A DNA stretch of 64,000 nucleotides from a virus, in the IMG/VR virus record IMGVR_UViG_3300027801_002517, positions 1 to 64,000 of that record; one strand, given 5' to 3'. How positions within the stretch are numbered: the stretch's first letter is position 1; the number at the start of each line of letters is the position of its first letter. The position numbers and the translations under genes are program-made. This document shows, piece by piece, positions 8,374 to 17,500 of this stretch. The notes under the pieces were generated by a model, which saw nothing but the letters and a program-made list of their open reading frames with translations, made no database searches and was not told where the DNA came from.

Positions 8374-11300
8374 ATGGCTGAAAAATTTTCATTAGTAGCA
8401 CAGATACAACTACAAGCTCCTACAAATACCCGTCAAGTTGTCGATAGAATACGTCGAGACCTTTCGGGTGTTTCTGTGCAAATACACGCAAAGGGTGCCG
8501 CAAAAACTGCGAATGAAGTTGGTAAGGTTAGTAAACAACTAAAAAATGCTAGTAAGTCTGCTACCACTTTTGCTACTAATCTAAAAATAGCTACACAACG
8601 AGCCGCTGGTTTAGCACTTGCTACGCGAGCCGTTAGTGCATTGACTACTCGAATTAAGTCTGCTGTAGATGAATCTATTGCTTTTCAGAGAGAGTTAGTT
8701 AAGGTATCTCAGGTTACTGGTAAAACCCTTAATCAACTCAAAGGGTTGGCCAAAGAGGTTACTAATCTTTCTACGAGCTTGGGTGTGTCTTCTAGTGCAT
8801 TAATTGGCGTTTCGCGACAATTATCACAGGCTGGTTTTCAGGCTGCTGATTTACAGATTGCACTATCTTCATTAGCTAAAACTGCTTTAGCACCAACATT
8901 CGATGATATTACTCGAACCGCTGAAGGTGCTATTGCGATCTTTAATCAGTTTGGCAAAGGTGCTGCTGCTCTTGAAGGTCAGTTGGGTGCCATCAATGCT
9001 GTCGCTGGTCAGTTTGCTGTTGAGTCTGGTGACTTGATTGGTGTTGTTCAGCGTGTGGGCGGTGTCTTTAAATCTGCTGGTGGTAATCTAAATGAACTAC
9101 TTGCTTTATTCACGTCTGTTAGAGCAACGACTCGTGAGTCGTCCGAGTCTATCGCTACTGGTTTAAGAACAATCTTCACTCGTATTCAGCGTCCAAGAAC
9201 AATAGCATTCTTGAAAAGTCTTGGGGTTGAATTGACTGATGCTCAAGGAAGGTTTATTGGACCTATAAAGGCGGTAGAGGCATTAAACAAAGCATTTGCG
9301 GATCTACCTCAAGGTGATTTACGTTTCATTCGTATTGCTGAAGAGCTTGGTGGATTCCGACAAATTGGTAAAGTGATTCCATTGATCCAGCAGTTTGCTG
9401 TGGCACAGGAGGCATTAAAAACTGCCCAGGGTGGTCAAGATTCTTTAGCTAAAGATGCCGCAACGGCACAGCAATCTTTAGCGGTACAAATTGAAAAAGT
9501 AAGACAAGAATATCTTGCCTTGATTAGGGAGTTTACAGATAGCTCTTCGTTTAAATTAATTGTTGGTCTCGCTTTAAATTTTGCTTCGGCACTTGCGAAA
9601 GTCTTATCATCATTAAAAGATGTGCTACCCTTACTTGCTATATTTGGTGCTAGTCGTTTAGTGGCTGGTGTGGCTGGTGGAGGTTTAGGTGGATTATTTG
9701 GTGGTAGAGGTGCTGCTAAGAAAAATCAAGGTGGTCCCATAGGATTTGCCCGTGGTGGTGTTGTTCCTGGAACTGGCAATAGAGACACGGTTCCTGCCAT
9801 GTTGACTCCAGGTGAATTTGTAATTAAGAAGAGTAGTGTTGGTAAGATTGGTGCTGGTACTCTTGCTTCCATGAACGGGTATGCTGGTGGTGGTCAGATT
9901 AAAGACCAAAAGAAATTAGGGATGGCTGTTGCTGATGATATAAAAGATAAGCCAGGAGATGTATCTATTGATCTATTTACAAAAGGATCAGAAGGATCAG
10001 TATTAAGAAAAAAAACAGGATTTGGACCATTAAACAGTAAGACAATTGAGCAACTAAAAGCAATAAGTGGGAGCGGTAGTGCTAGGAAAAAAGATCTGGA
10101 AGAAGGTAAAATACCTTTAAATGATTTGAAAAAAATAGCTGGATCACATTCCTTTAAAGGTAAGAAAAAGTTTGGTACTTTAGCTGCTGGACTTGGAGAC
10201 ACAAAAAAAGATTTTGACAGCACAGTTAATAATGAATATAAGGATTTCTTAAAAAATGCATCAGCGAACTTTGCTCCATCTATCGGTATTACAAATTTTG
10301 ATAAGGAGAAGGTATCATTTGACAAAGATTTTAAAATAAACCAAGGTGAGCTTGGTACTATATTTGAAAATTTAATAGATGTATTCGATGGTAGACCACT
10401 TATAGAACAAGCTAAAGAAACTAGAAGACCTTTTGATTTTACTTCTGGTATTAAATTTGGTAAAGCTTTTTCAACATTAAAGGGTATCAATTTTATTGAT
10501 GCAAAGGTGAGTGGTGGGAAAAATATTGCAAGTGCTGAGTTTGAAAGGAAGGCTACCAATCAATTAGCCGATGACTTGATAAACAATCAAGGGTTTCTCA
10601 GTGCAATAGGTGTAAAAAATAAAGAATTAATAGCAGAGGGTAGGCAACAACCTGATAAAAAAGGTGTTACTAGCACTTCGGGCGTTAAACGTACAACTAA
10701 AGCATCTGGTGGTGGTATTTCTGGCTCTGATACTGTACCCGCTCTCCTCACTCCTGGTGAGTTTGTTATTAACAAGAAAGCCGCCAGTAGGATTGGTTCT
10801 TCTAGCCTTAATACAATGAATAAAAAGGGTGTTGTTGGATTTAACAAAGGTGGTATGGTTGGATTTAACAAGGGTGGTGGAGTGCTTGGTGGTGGAGGTG
10901 CAGGATTTGCTGCCCTCGCTTTAGCCTCTGGTGGCTTACAGACCATGTTTGGTCAAATGGGCGAAGAAGGTTCTGCATTAAATGATGGTTTTAATGCACT
11001 CACAGGAGCAGTTACTTCTGGGTTTATACAATTTCAAATAATGAACTCTATTATAGCTCAAAGTACTCAGAGAACTAAAGAAAATGCAGAAGCTAAAGCT
11101 AAAGAAAAACAAGCTAGTGATAAATTGAGCAAATCAATAGATAAAAGAAAACCTGGATTAGACAGAAAAACACATGCAACTACTCGGGTGCAACAAACAG
11201 CAGAAGCTAAAGAAATAGCAAATGCTAACTTAGTTAAAAAAGAGAGGGCTGCTCCAAGACTTAAAAGGGCCGCTCAAAGGGACACGGCAGCGTTCCACGC

Positions 11301-14202
11301 GACAACTGAGAAAAGAGAAGGATTGCGAGATACTGGTTCAATATTAGGAATTTCTAAGTTCCAAAGTGATAAGGAAGGACTCGCAGAAGCTAGAACATCT
11401 AGAGCTACTGCTAGAACAACTAAGCAGGAAAAAGATGTTGAACATGAGGCTGCAAAAGAACAAGCGGGGAGGAAAGATCTTGGTGGTGATGCGTCGATGA
11501 AAGCTAGGGAAAATCTTGAAAAAACTGAGAGAAAAGCCGCAGCAGCAACTGAGCAGTATCATAAGTCACTGGTGAAAGTAGGTAAAGCTAAATCGAATTT
11601 GAAACAAAGTACGAAAGAATTAACTACTGCACATGAAGCTCAGAAGAAAGCATATAGGAAAGCCGCTACATCCACTAATCTTTCCCGTAAGGCACAAGAA
11701 AAATTAACTGCAAGCAGAGTTAAGGCAAAAAGAGCTACAGCAAAAGCAATTGCAGCAGAAAAACAACTGGCAATGAGCAGAAAAGGAGGTGGAGGTCGAG
11801 GTGGTGGTGGTGGAATGGGTAAGGCAATGGGTTTTGCTACTAAAGCAATGCCAGCATTCGCGGCTGCTCTGGGTGTTGCAACTCAGGCGGCAGGATATTT
11901 TGCGGAACAAGCAAATAAAAGGTTACAGGGGTCAATTGAGGAAGGAGATGTGGAAGGAATCCGTGCTAATGCTCAATCAGCTCAAAATGCTGAAACTGCT
12001 GGATCAATGCTTTCTGGTGCTGGTCAAGGTGCTATGTTAGGTGCTGCTATTGGTTCAGTAGTTCCTGTAATAGGTACTGCGGTTGGTGGTTTTGTTGGTG
12101 CTTTAGCAGGTGCTGCGACTGCTTTCTTTTTTGCTGAGGATGCTGCTAAAAAAACCGCTGAAGCAATGGGGCAATTAAGTCAAAATCAACTTGCTAAAGC
12201 TACTCGTCAATTACAAGATTTTTCAGAAGGTCTTTCTGGCTCAAAGGGTATTTCAGAATTTGCTAACTCGTTTGGATCAACCTTAAAAGAGTCGGAAAAG
12301 TCATTTCTTGCGAGTGACGCTTCAACCGAAGAAAAACAGGCTAGAACTAAACAGAATAATCAATTAAGAGCACAGGCGGCAGGCGAAATAGCTCAAGAAA
12401 CTTTCGCACAAGGTGGCGATTTAAACGATGTTGCTACACATCTTCAAAAAATAACAGACTCTTCAGGAAAACTTACTGAGGCTCAAATTAAAGCAGCAGA
12501 ATCCGCCTTTAAAGTTGCGGCTGCTCAAGCTGAATTAATCAAAGTTAATCTTGATGCTGCGAGAATCGGAGGTGCTACTGCACGAGCAGGTACTGCCGTT
12601 GATAATATTTTAGCGACTTTTGAAACAGGTAGTAGTGCATTACAAGCTGCATTTAATACATTAGAAACAAGTACAACTACTTTTGGTGGAGCTGACGCTG
12701 GAAAAGCTGCTCTGGGTGCGATCAGTCAAAACATTAATGCTCAATTAGATAGTCTGGGTATTAATAGAGGGTCGGCAGGTAGACAGGCTGTTGACAGATC
12801 TGTTGCTTCTTCTGGTGCTGCTTTAGATTTTAGTGCTCAATTATCTGAACAGTTATCTGACCCAGAAATAACCAGGGGGGAAGATCCTAAAGCAGCAATT
12901 GAAGGTATTGTAACAAAGATTACCAGTAGTATAAATGATCCAAAAGTAACCGCGATTGTTCAAGGTTCTCTTAAGCAGGTTATTGAGGGGGCGACAGATA
13001 ATGGTCAAATTGATGGATCTAAAGTCGTAGAAGGTTTGACTCAAGCGGCAAATAAAGCTGGAGTGCCACTGAAACTCTTGGGTGAGGCATTAATCAAGCA
13101 ACAGAAAGTAATTAATAAAATAACTAATGAGCGTCGAGCACAGGAACAAAAATTAATGGCGGCACAAAGTAAAGCCATTGATCTCCAACTTGAGGGTGCC
13201 AGAGTCATAGAACAAGCTGGTGGTCCGAAATTAAACATGCAAGATAGATTGGGGGCAAGAGCTACACAAGCAAGTCTACAACTAAGAGATGCTGGTGTTT
13301 CTGGTTTGGCTGGTACTGATACATCAAGTGTTAGAGCTGCCAGTAGAAATATTGCTAATCGCAGTGCCGAATTAAATCAAACACGAGGACTTCAGAATAG
13401 GGATGATGACAGGCGACCTGAGTTGAAAAAGGCGAACGATGGATTGATTCAGTTTACACGACAGAGAATTAAATTAATCCAAGAGGAAATGAGCATTGTT
13501 AAACAGAAAAATGCTCTTGAGCGAAGTGCTATTGATGCATTGTTATCAGGTGATGCTGAAGCATTCTTTAAGAACCAAAGTGCGTCGGCAGCGGCATCAG
13601 CATTAAAGAGTGGTAATACAGCTTTAATTAGATCATTAGATGCCTCTTCTGTAGGGGCTGGATTAAAGAGTCTACAAGATCAAGGTACATCGTCTACTGA
13701 ATTATTTAGTGCTGCCAGAACTGCTGGTCTGTCACAACAACAAGCAAAAGTCTTCTCTGGAACTACAGAGGAAGAAACTTCTTTAAGAAGAGAATTAGCT
13801 GACAATGGTCGTACATTAGGTGATTTAGGTAATACTGGTGCAGAATTAGAAGCTCAAGGTATTCAGCCTATATTAGATAAATTCGCTGAAGTGCAAGATG
13901 CATTCCAAAAACAATTAATTGACGGTCTTAAAGATAACTCCGCAGATATAGCAGCCAGCCAACGAGAACTACAACAGTCGAACACAGACTTGAAAGCTTC
14001 ACTTGATGAGTTAAATAAAACTGTAGCAGGCAAAAATGAGAAAGTTGAGGTAACTGTTAATGGTAATAGTGCTGGTGGTGTAGGCGGTAAACCTTCTCAG
14101 GAACAAATTATTGCTGGAATAAAATATGCCCTTGGTGTTGGAGGTCCATTAGAACTAAAACATAATCAAGCTGGTAATCATACATTCGGAGCAAACGCAT
14201 AA
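8374..14202 (+). CDS. Tail tape measure protein (TP901-like N-terminal core) with internal cargo domain
   Basis: AIFNQF...INAVAGQFAVESGDL...ATTRESSESIATGLRTIFTRI core; Ala/Gly/Lys-rich helical body; hydrophobic and Gly-zipper segments; DTVPAxLTPGEFV motifs. Confidence 0.92.
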   Translation: MAEKFSLVAQIQLQAPTNTRQVVDRIRRDLSGVSVQIHAKGAAKTANEVGKVSKQLKNASKSATTFATNLKIATQRAAGLALATRAVSALTTRIKSAVDESIAFQRELVKVSQVTGKTLNQLKGLAKEVTNLSTSLGVSSSALIGVSRQLSQAGFQAADLQIALSSLAKTALAPTFDDITRTAEGAIAIFNQFGKGAAALEGQLGAINAVAGQFAVESGDLIGVVQRVGGVFKSAGGNLNELLALFTSVRATTRESSESIATGLRTIFTRIQRPRTIAFLKSLGVELTDAQGRFIGPIKAVEALNKAFADLPQGDLRFIRIAEELGGFRQIGKVIPLIQQFAVAQEALKTAQGGQDSLAKDAATAQQSLAVQIEKVRQEYLALIREFTDSSSFKLIVGLALNFASALAKVLSSLKDVLPLLAIFGASRLVAGVAGGGLGGLFGGRGAAKKNQGGPIGFARGGVVPGTGNRDTVPAMLTPGEFVIKKSSVGKIGAGTLASMNGYAGGGQIKDQKKLGMAVADDIKDKPGDVSIDLFTKGSEGSVLRKKTGFGPLNSKTIEQLKAISGSGSARKKDLEEGKIPLNDLKKIAGSHSFKGKKKFGTLAAGLGDTKKDFDSTVNNEYKDFLKNASANFAPSIGITNFDKEKVSFDKDFKINQGELGTIFENLIDVFDGRPLIEQAKETRRPFDFTSGIKFGKAFSTLKGINFIDAKVSGGKNIASAEFERKATNQLADDLINNQGFLSAIGVKNKELIAEGRQQPDKKGVTSTSGVKRTTKASGGGISGSDTVPALLTPGEFVINKKAASRIGSSSLNTMNKKGVVGFNKGGMVGFNKGGGVLGGGGAGFAALALASGGLQTMFGQMGEEGSALNDGFNALTGAVTSGFIQFQIMNSIIAQSTQRTKENAEAKAKEKQASDKLSKSIDKRKPGLDRKTHATTRVQQTAEAKEIANANLVKKERAAPRLKRAAQRDTAAFHATTEKREGLRDTGSILGISKFQSDKEGLAEARTSRATARTTKQEKDVEHEAAKEQAGRKDLGGDASMKARENLEKTERKAAAATEQYHKSLVKVGKAKSNLKQSTKELTTAHEAQKKAYRKAATSTNLSRKAQEKLTASRVKAKRATAKAIAAEKQLAMSRKGGGGRGGGGGMGKAMGFATKAMPAFAAALGVATQAAGYFAEQANKRLQGSIEEGDVEGIRANAQSAQNAETAGSMLSGAGQGAMLGAAIGSVVPVIGTAVGGFVGALAGAATAFFFAEDAAKKTAEAMGQLSQNQLAKATRQLQDFSEGLSGSKGISEFANSFGSTLKESEKSFLASDASTEEKQARTKQNNQLRAQAAGEIAQETFAQGGDLNDVATHLQKITDSSGKLTEAQIKAAESAFKVAAAQAELIKVNLDAARIGGATARAGTAVDNILATFETGSSALQAAFNTLETSTTTFGGADAGKAALGAISQNINAQLDSLGINRGSAGRQAVDRSVASSGAALDFSAQLSEQLSDPEITRGEDPKAAIEGIVTKITSSINDPKVTAIVQGSLKQVIEGATDNGQIDGSKVVEGLTQAANKAGVPLKLLGEALIKQQKVINKITNERRAQEQKLMAAQSKAIDLQLEGARVIEQAGGPKLNMQDRLGARATQASLQLRDAGVSGLAGTDTSSVRAASRNIANRSAELNQTRGLQNRDDDRRPELKKANDGLIQFTRQRIKLIQEEMSIVKQKNALERSAIDALLSGDAEAFFKNQSASAAASALKSGNTALIRSLDASSVGAGLKSLQDQGTSSTELFSAARTAGLSQQQAKVFSGTTEEETSLRRELADNGRTLGDLGNTGAELEAQGIQPILDKFAEVQDAFQKQLIDGLKDNSADIAASQRELQQSNTDLKASLDELNKTVAGKNEKVEVTVNGNSAGGVGGKPSQEQIIAGIKYALGVGGPLELKHNQAGNHTFGANA
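9742..10878 (+). repeat. Two copies of the TMP module GG...DTVPA(M/L)LTPGEFVI.K.....IG...L..MN (9742-9894, 10699-10878) flanking an ~268-aa insert
   Basis: GFARGGVVPGTGNRDTVPAMLTPGEFVIKKSSVGKIGAGTLASMNGYAGGG versus KASGGGISGSDTVPALLTPGEFVINKKAASRIGSSSLNTMNKKGVVGFNKGG. Confidence 0.9.
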
Positions 14203-14206
14203 TATA

Positions 14207-14569
14207 ATGAATTACACACATAATCTTAGCTCTTGTTTTTGCACGACGGCAGCATCTGGATATCCCACTGGTAGTGGCTCATTCCTCAAGGCTCAGTTGT
14301 CGGGTACATTTGGTGTATCTTCCAGTGGTACACTTGGCAGTGGAGTTTTGCATACCAGTATATACAAGTGCGAGTCACTTACATCCACTACTTCTCTATT
14401 ATTTGATATTGAAAACCTTTCTACGCCAGAACAACCAAATTCCACTTATCGTATTCTTATAAATGTGAATGATTTAGATGATGCACCTGTTGTTGGCGAT
14501 GAATTTATAGTAATTAATGTTGGCGGTATATCTTATGTTTATAATGTTTCAGCAGTGTCAATAGTTTAG
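14207..14569 (+). CDS. Small SG-rich virion protein
   Basis: Directly after the TMP; 5 SG dipeptides in the first 46 aa. Confidence 0.7.
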   Translation: MNYTHNLSSCFCTTAASGYPTGSGSFLKAQLSGTFGVSSSGTLGSGVLHTSIYKCESLTSTTSLLFDIENLSTPEQPNSTYRILINVNDLDDAPVVGDEFIVINVGGISYVYNVSAVSIV

Positions 14570-14580
14570 GGCGGATATAA

Positions 14581-17500
14581 ATGGCTTCATTCAATTTAGA
14601 GTTAAACTCTGATATTACCCCTGGATTTGGTAGCTATACTCAAGCTACACAGAATGCTGATGGAACACCAAACCTACGTCATTATCCAGAAGATGTTTGT
14701 GTTAATATTCCTGGTTCTTGTGGTGGAACTTATTTAGTTGGGGGTGATCAGAGTGCTGATCTTAAGATTGCTAAATATGGGTTTGAAAATATACCTCAAA
14801 CCGTTGGCGAATCTATCAAACGAGTAAAGGTTTGGTTTGCTAATCCATACACTGCCCAGATGGAGACACCTTTTGAGCCTAAAATCGCCGCAATTCAATC
14901 TGCTAAATTAACTATTAATGGTTCTCCTGTAGCTACTAGCGATGACCCAATAGTATATCCTTTACAGGGTGAGGGAGTTGGTGATAGAGTTACATGGTGG
15001 CATTATATTGAGTTTACTGGTTTAGATATAGATATAAGTTCTGCTGATACTATTTCTAACAGCATTGAAATGACTGTTGGTGATCATGCTGCTTTCAACG
15101 ATAACTGGGAGGTTTCTAATCTCTATCTTGAAGTAAATTCCGAGACTCCTAAGCCTTATACATCAATCAGAATTAATAATGTAACATCTGATATTGTTAG
15201 TACAGACCCCGCTCAGTCCTGCCTCACCAATTTTTCAAAGAATGAGGGTCAGACTTTTGAGGTAGAGTTGTATCATGATGGTACTGTTAATATTGGTACT
15301 ACTATTGATTTTACAATTGCGGCCTCTCCAAATGATGCGATCTGTTCAAACGGAGGATTTACACTTTCTGATATTGCCTCTGTAACTGTTGATGGTGTTT
15401 CTGCTACTTCAACATCTATAGAAGATTCTCAAAAAGCAAAAAAAATTGTAATTACTCTTGCTACCGATGCTCTTACTGAAGACGCGGAACTTTTCAGGTT
15501 GACATTTGCCACAACTGATAGCCTTGGTAATACTACTACTCTTGATGATCCAGGTAATTTCTCAGCTTGGAATCCAAGTCATCTCGCTCAAACTTGCGAT
15601 ATGCATATTACTGATGTTGTTCCCCTTAATGTTGTTTCGGTTAATCCAACTTACAGAACAGTCCTACCAGCATATATACCTCTTACTTTGCAAGCTAATG
15701 AAACTAATTCAGCAACATTTACATTTAAAAGAACAGGTAGTACAACTGATACATTGAATGTAAGTTATCGGCTGTTTGGAACTGCTCAAGCGGGTGTTGA
15801 TTATACAGGTTCTCAGGTTGGCACAGTCACCTTCGCACCAGGTATAACTGTTGTTCCCCTTTCGCTTCCGACTATAGCAGATAGTTTAGTTGATCCGGTT
15901 GAAATAGTACGGTTGCGAATTGATCCCACTGCTAACTATGATATTGCTGCTGGTAAACAATTTGCTGAAGTTACGATTGCATCCGATGATATTATAAGTA
16001 GTGAGATTAAAAGAGCAGGCTCGAATATTCATACATCTGTGCGAGGTGTGCCAGGCTCGACGGCTTTTGATTATAATCTCGGGGCATATTCAGTATTGAA
16101 AAAGGACGGCTCAGTCGTTAGTTGGGGGCAAGGTGCTTATGGTGCAGGCCAGTTGTATTTCAACGGTACTGGCCATACCGGCCTTGCCTTACATAATCGC
16201 AATGACATCGTCCAGATCTTCAGCAATCCTTATGCCTTTGCTGCAATAAAAGAGGACGGTACGGTTCTTACTTGGGGGGATTACAGGTTTGGTGGTGTTC
16301 AAAGAGTTATAACAGGTGACACAACCCCCGACGCTCATCATACCAGTACATCCGTACACTTCATCAGAGATGTGGACCGGATCTTCTCCACCCAAAAAGC
16401 ATTTGCATCGTTATCTTACGCTGGGACACAATTTGGTTTTGTTAAAACTTGGGGTCACGCAAGTCACGGCGGTGACAGCAACAGCGTGGCCACACAGATC
16501 GCCAATGGTGTCAGCCAAGTCTTCTCGACACGGTCTGCTTTTGCGGCGTTGAAAACAGACGGCTCGGTCGTCACCTGGGGGGATTCAGGCTACGGCGGTG
16601 ACAGTAGTAGTGTGGACTTGAGCGAAGGTGTCACCCAAATCTTTTCAAATTACAATGCCTTTGCAGCATTGAAAACGACTACGGGCCTTAGCCCCACTGC
16701 CGGTTCGGTCGTCACATGGGGGGGGAGTGGCGGTGACAGCAGCAGCGTGGCCACGCAGATCAGTAGTGGTGTTGTTCGAATTTTTTCCACAAGGTATGCC
16801 TTTGCTGCGTTGAAAGAAGACGGCTCCGTTGTCACTTGGGGTAATGCAGGTTATGGTGGAGACAGTAGTAGTGTGGATTGGAGCGGTGGTGTCACTCAGA
16901 TCTTCTCCACCGAAGGTGCCTTTGCAGCGTTGAAAACGGATGGCTCGGTCGTCACCTGGGGGGGGTCATGGAGTGGCGGCAACAGCAGCAGCAGCGTGGC
17001 CACACAGATCGCCAATGGTGTCATCCAGATCTTCTCGACACCAAGTGCCTTTGCGGCATTAAAAGAGGATGGCTCGGTTGTCACATGGGGAGAGGCAGGT
17101 AGCGGCGGTGCCAGTGGCAGCGTGGCAACACAACTAACCTCCGTAATCCATATCTTCTCAAATAGTCATGCATTTGCTGCACTCAAGGCGGATGGCTCGG
17201 TCGTCACTTGGGGAAATCCTGATAAGGGCGGTGATCAAGTAGTTGTTGGGGCCATAGGGGCAATCCCTGTTAGCGTGGCTACACAACTGAGCAGTGGTGT
17301 TGTCCGGATCTTCTCAACACCGGATTCATTTGCGGCATTGAAAGAAGACGGCTCAGTCGTTACGTGGGGAGGTGGTGGTGGCGGTAACAGCGGAAATTTA
17401 AATAGTTCTTACGCTGATTTACTAAATGTACGGACCTCAGTTAATTCAGATACATATGATATTTTAGATCCTGTTAATCCTGATGATAATCCTCCTACAT

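Noticed and set aside
9894-10559. 221-aa antisense ORF over the TMP insert, and other short shadow ORFs in the track
   Set aside because: They overlap well-supported genes and have antisense-typical composition with no motifs.
9895-10698. Intein or intron-encoded nuclease in the TMP
   Set aside because: No Cys/Ser N-terminal block or His-Asn C-terminal splice motif; the frame is continuous and bounded by TMP repeats.
2611-14202. Contractile tail or contractile injection system
   Set aside because: No sheath gene next to the tube gene and no recognisable wedge genes; a sheath elsewhere in the genome cannot be excluded.
16084-17373. CRISPR array or DGR suggested by recurring ~20-30-bp motifs
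   Set aside because: The repeats are degenerate at codon third positions and encode protein repeats; no cas genes.
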